From assembly GCA_052387235.1 (NCBI GenBank), contig JBQTJJ010000001.1:7581-71580 (forward strand): a stretch of DNA of 64,000 nt, given 5' to 3'. The position numbers and the translations under genes are program-made. The DNA comes from Actinomycetota bacterium (GTDB lineage: Bacteria; Actinomycetota; Acidimicrobiia; Acidimicrobiales; GCA-2861595). Positions 61,019 to 64,000 of this stretch are shown one piece after another; within the stretch, counting starts at the first letter, position 1, and every line of letters begins with the position of its first letter. The notes under the pieces are model-generated. The model saw nothing but the letters and a program-made list of their open reading frames with translations. It was not told where the DNA came from and did no database searches.

Positions 61019-62793
61019 GCGGCGCCGCCTCCCTCCCCGTCGCGGACGCGCGGGCGATCGGCGCGGTCGTCCGCCGGCTCCTGCGACCCCGGTGGCGCAT
61101 GACCGCCCTCGGCCTGGGCCTGTTCGCGGCCGCAGCCGTGGCCGGCATGGTGGCGCCGATACTGCTCGGCACCATCGTCGACCGGGTGGCCGGCGGCGCC
61201 CCACCGGGGGCGCTGGCCGGGCCCGTCGCCGCCCTGGCCGTGGCCGCCGCCGTCCAGGGCCTGCTTTCAATGGCGGCGCCGGCGGTGGTGGCGCACGCCA
61301 GCGAGCCCGCCCTCGCCGAGCTGCGGGAGGAGTTCGTCACCCGGGCCCTCGACCTGCCCCTCGACCTCCTCGAGGAGGCGGGGACGGGCGACGTGGTGGC
61401 GCGCTGCGACGGCGACGTCGCCGCCGTCTCCGACGCGGTGCGCGCCGCGTTGCCGGAGCTGCTGGTTGCCGCCCTCACCGTGGCCGTGTCGATCGTCGGC
61501 ATCGCCGCCCTCGACTGGCGCCTCGGCGTCGCCGCGCTCTGCGCCGCGCCGGTCCAGGTGTACACCCTGCGCTGGTACCTGCCGCGCTCCGCGCCGCTCT
61601 ACGCCGCCGAGCGCGACGCGGCGGGCCGCCGGGCGGCCCAGCTCCTCGAGACCGTGGCGGGTGCCGACACCGTACGGGCGCTCGGCACGGCCGATCGACA
61701 CCGCGACCTCGTGGCCGAGCGGTCGGCCGGGGCGGCGGCTCTCGTGGTCGACGCCGCCCGCCTGCGCACCCGCTTCTTCGCCCGGCTCAACGTGGCCGAG
61801 GCCGTGGGGCTGAGTGCCGTGCTGGGGGTCGGCTTCCTCCTGGTCCGCGGCGGGGACGTCACCGTCGGAGCGGTCACGGCGGCCGCCCTGTTCGTCCAGC
61901 GTGCGTTCGACCCGGTGAACGTCCTGCTCGGACTGATGGACGAGATCCAGGTCGCGGCCGCCGCCCTCGGCCGGCTCGTGGGGATCACCGCCCTGCCCCG
62001 GCCGGCCCCGCCGCGGGCGACGTCCAGGGCCGCCCCGACCGTCGACCTCGCCGCCGTCACGCACGCCTACCGGCCGGGCCACGACGTGCTCCACGACGTC
62101 CGGCTCCACGTGCGCGCCGGTGAGCGGGTGGCCGTCGTCGGCGCCAGCGGTGCGGGCAAGACCACCCTGGCCAAGCTCGTGGCCGGCGTCCACACGCCGA
62201 GCGCGGGCACCGTCCACGTCGCCGGGCGCCCGGTGGCCGATCTCGCCGAGGTCGGCGGGCGCCGGCCCGTCGTGCTCGTGACCCAGGAGGTCCACGTCTT
62301 CGCCGGCACGCTGGCCGGCGACCTGCGGCTGGCCGCACCGGCGGCGGGCGACGACGACCTGCGGCGGGCGCTCGCGGCCGTCGGGGCGTGGCCGTGGGTG
62401 GACGCGCTGCCCGCGGGGCTCGACACGGTCGTCGGCGAGGGGGGGTGGCCCCTCACCGCCCTCCAGGCGCAGCACCTCGCCCTCGCCCGCCTGCTCCTGG
62501 CCGACCCGGCGGTGGCGATCCTCGACGAGGCGACGGCCGAGACCGGCAGCGCCGGCGCCCGCGTCCTCGAGTCGGCGTCGGCCGCCGCCGTCGCCGGGCG
62601 GACGGCGCTCGTCATCGCCCACCGCCTCACCCAGGCGACCGGTGCCGACCGGGTCGTCGTGCTCGACCACGGCAAGGTGGTCGAGGCGGGCACCCACGCG
62701 GACCTCGCCGCCGCCGGGGGCCGGTACGCCGACCTGTGGCGGGCGTGGTCCGGCCGGGGGCGTGACGCCGGCGACGACGCCGGCGACGGCTGA
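61015..62793 (+). CDS. ABC transporter, fused permease/ATPase (partner subunit)
   Basis: GTG 61015 overlaps the upstream stop. Walker A GASGAGKTTL, Q-loop, ILDEATA. Confidence 0.85.
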   Translation: MSGAASLPVADARAIGAVVRRLLRPRWRMTALGLGLFAAAAVAGMVAPILLGTIVDRVAGGAPPGALAGPVAALAVAAAVQGLLSMAAPAVVAHASEPALAELREEFVTRALDLPLDLLEEAGTGDVVARCDGDVAAVSDAVRAALPELLVAALTVAVSIVGIAALDWRLGVAALCAAPVQVYTLRWYLPRSAPLYAAERDAAGRRAAQLLETVAGADTVRALGTADRHRDLVAERSAGAAALVVDAARLRTRFFARLNVAEAVGLSAVLGVGFLLVRGGDVTVGAVTAAALFVQRAFDPVNVLLGLMDEIQVAAAALGRLVGITALPRPAPPRATSRAAPTVDLAAVTHAYRPGHDVLHDVRLHVRAGERVAVVGASGAGKTTLAKLVAGVHTPSAGTVHVAGRPVADLAEVGGRRPVVLVTQEVHVFAGTLAGDLRLAAPAAGDDDLRRALAAVGAWPWVDALPAGLDTVVGEGGWPLTALQAQHLALARLLLADPAVAILDEATAETGSAGARVLESASAAAVAGRTALVIAHRLTQATGADRVVVLDHGKVVEAGTHADLAAAGGRYADLWRAWSGRGRDAGDDAGDG

Positions 62794-62811
62794 GGCGATC
62801 GCCTCCGACGC

Positions 62812-63021
62812 CTACCCGCCCATGGCGTCGATCAGCGACCTCGGCCGCAGGTCGGTCCAGTGCTGCTCGACGTAGTCGAGGCACCGGGCCCTCGTCTCGT
62901 TCTCCACGACCGCGTGCCAGCCGTCGGGGACGGCGGCGAACGCCGGCCACAGCGAGTGCTGGCCCTCGTCGTTGACGAGGACGTGGAACGTCCCCTCCGG
63001 GTCGTCGAACGGGTTGGTCAT
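62812..63021 (-). CDS. MbtH-like protein
   Basis: [35 protein letters not shown] is the MbtH signature (69 aa). The ATG overlaps the NRPS stop (ATGA). Confidence 0.92.
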   Translation of the reverse strand: MTNPFDDPEGTFHVLVNDEGQHSLWPAFAAVPDGWHAVVENETRARCLDYVEQHWTDLRPRSLIDAMGG

Positions 63022-64000
63022 GACATCCTTTCCATGGTCCGTGACCGGGCTGCCCCGGTCTGGTCGTGCAGCCTGCGTTCGAGGATCGGCCCCCACGCCG
63101 CCAGGGCGTCGGGCTCCACCATGGCCAGGTGGTCCGCCTCCACGTCGTGGTTCTCGACGCGGCCGGCGACGAACGGCTCCCAGAGGGCGGCCGACAACGA
63201 GGTCCCCCCCTTGTCGCCCGTCGCCGTGAAGAACAGGGCGTCGCCGGCGAACAGGCGCGGCGTCGCCGCCCGGGCCAGCCGGGTGGCGTTCGCGGCCACG
63301 TCCACCACCGCCGGCAGCGTCTCGTCGTCGATGGCGCCGAAGAGGCCTCCGGCGGCCCGCACCTCGTCGAGGACGCGTCCCCGGTCCGGCGCGGCGCCGC
63401 CGGGGCGGCCGGGGTCCACCCCCGCCAGCCGGGCCACGAACTCGAGCACGTCCCGCTCGTCGTCGGGCCGGGCGCCGCCAGGGTCCTCGGCGACCAGCGG
63501 GTAGGAGTCCACCAGGGCGAGGAGCCCGACACGCTCCCCCGCCTCCTGGAGGTGGACGGCCATGGCGTGCGCCACCACGCCGCCGAGCGACCAGCCGAGC
63601 AGGTGGTAGGGGCCCTCGGGTTGCACCCGGCGCAGGTGGGCGACGTAGTCGGCGGCCATCTCGTCGAGCGACCGCGGCAGCGCCTCGGTGCGGGCCAGGC
63701 CCCGGGCCTGCAGCCCGTACACCGGGCGCTCCCGGTCGAGATGGCGGACGAGCCGGCCGTAGGGCCACGCCAGGCCGAACAGGGAGTGGACGCAGAACAG
63801 GGGCGCACGCCCGCCGGTGGGGCGCAGCGGGAGGAGGACGTCGAGGGCCGAGCGGTCGCGCCCGCCCGCCCGCCCGAGGTGCTCGGCGAGGGCCGCCACC
63901 GTGGGCCGGGCGACCAGGTCGTGCACGGGGACCCGGCGGCCCAGCACCTCCCACAGCCGGCCCTGGAGCGCCACCAGGAGCAGCGAGTGGCCCCCCAGGT
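63018..64000 (-). CDS. NRPS C-terminal end (PCP + thioesterase domains); 5' part outside the window
   Basis: [12 protein letters not shown] (PCP Ser motif) at the window edge. TE domain with LFCVHS...GWSLGG. The frame is open to nt 64000. Confidence 0.85.
   Translation of the reverse strand, partial: LGGHSLLLVALQGRLWEVLGRRVPVHDLVARPTVAALAEHLGRAGGRDRSALDVLLPLRPTGGRAPLFCVHSLFGLAWPYGRLVRHLDRERPVYGLQARGLARTEALPRSLDEMAADYVAHLRRVQPEGPYHLLGWSLGGVVAHAMAVHLQEAGERVGLLALVDSYPLVAEDPGGARPDDERDVLEFVARLAGVDPGRPGGAAPDRGRVLDEVRAAGGLFGAIDDETLPAVVDVAANATRLARAATPRLFAGDALFFTATGDKGGTSLSAALWEPFVAGRVENHDVEADHLAMVEPDALAAWGPILERRLHDQTGAARSRTMERMS

Overview
Very GC-rich (not computed), Actinomycetota-like chromosome segment with dense coding, many 1-4 nt start/stop overlaps, and long non-coding shadow ORFs on both strands. 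Gene starts below were read by hand and are provisional.

Layout:
(1) 1-4.8 kb: beta-glycan (cellulose-synthase-like) operon of GT39 transferase, GT2 synthase, GH8 glucanase and a Thr-rich secreted protein. A decayed GH6 fragment and a tRNA-Val follow.
(2) 5-11 kb: housekeeping genes (lipid kinase, DUF421, GAF-PP2C-kinase fusion, F420/LLM oxidoreductase, topoisomerase IB).
(3) 11-19 kb: a thioredoxin-reductase-like gene followed by the glgX(treX)-treY-treZ trehalose operon.
(4) 19-33 kb: an orphan solute-binding protein coupled to a histidine kinase with a convergent LuxR regulator. After it come a hemerythrin, an L,D-transpeptidase, otsA, an FAD oxidoreductase, a VOC protein and a cupredoxin lipoprotein.
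(5) 33.1-55.1 kb: the main feature, a complete phage-tail-like contractile injection system (CIS, Afp/PVC-type gene set). I found no tail fibre, capsid or lysis genes. It has three DUF4157 proteins, a relocated PAAR-like DUF4280 gene in a divergent envelope operon, a LuxR-type regulator, and a zinc-ribbon/TM/discoidin protein where the fibre gene would sit.
(6) 55-58 kb: a STAND ATPase-TPR-SARP regulator.
(7) 58-64 kb: the edge of an NRPS siderophore cluster (binding protein, two ABC exporters, MbtH, NRPS PCP-TE end).

A 34-nt perfect direct repeat at 33043 and 58364 brackets the CIS block. The left copy lies in a decayed fragment of the siderophore-binding-protein gene. No CRISPR array, rRNA, transposase or integrase was recognised.
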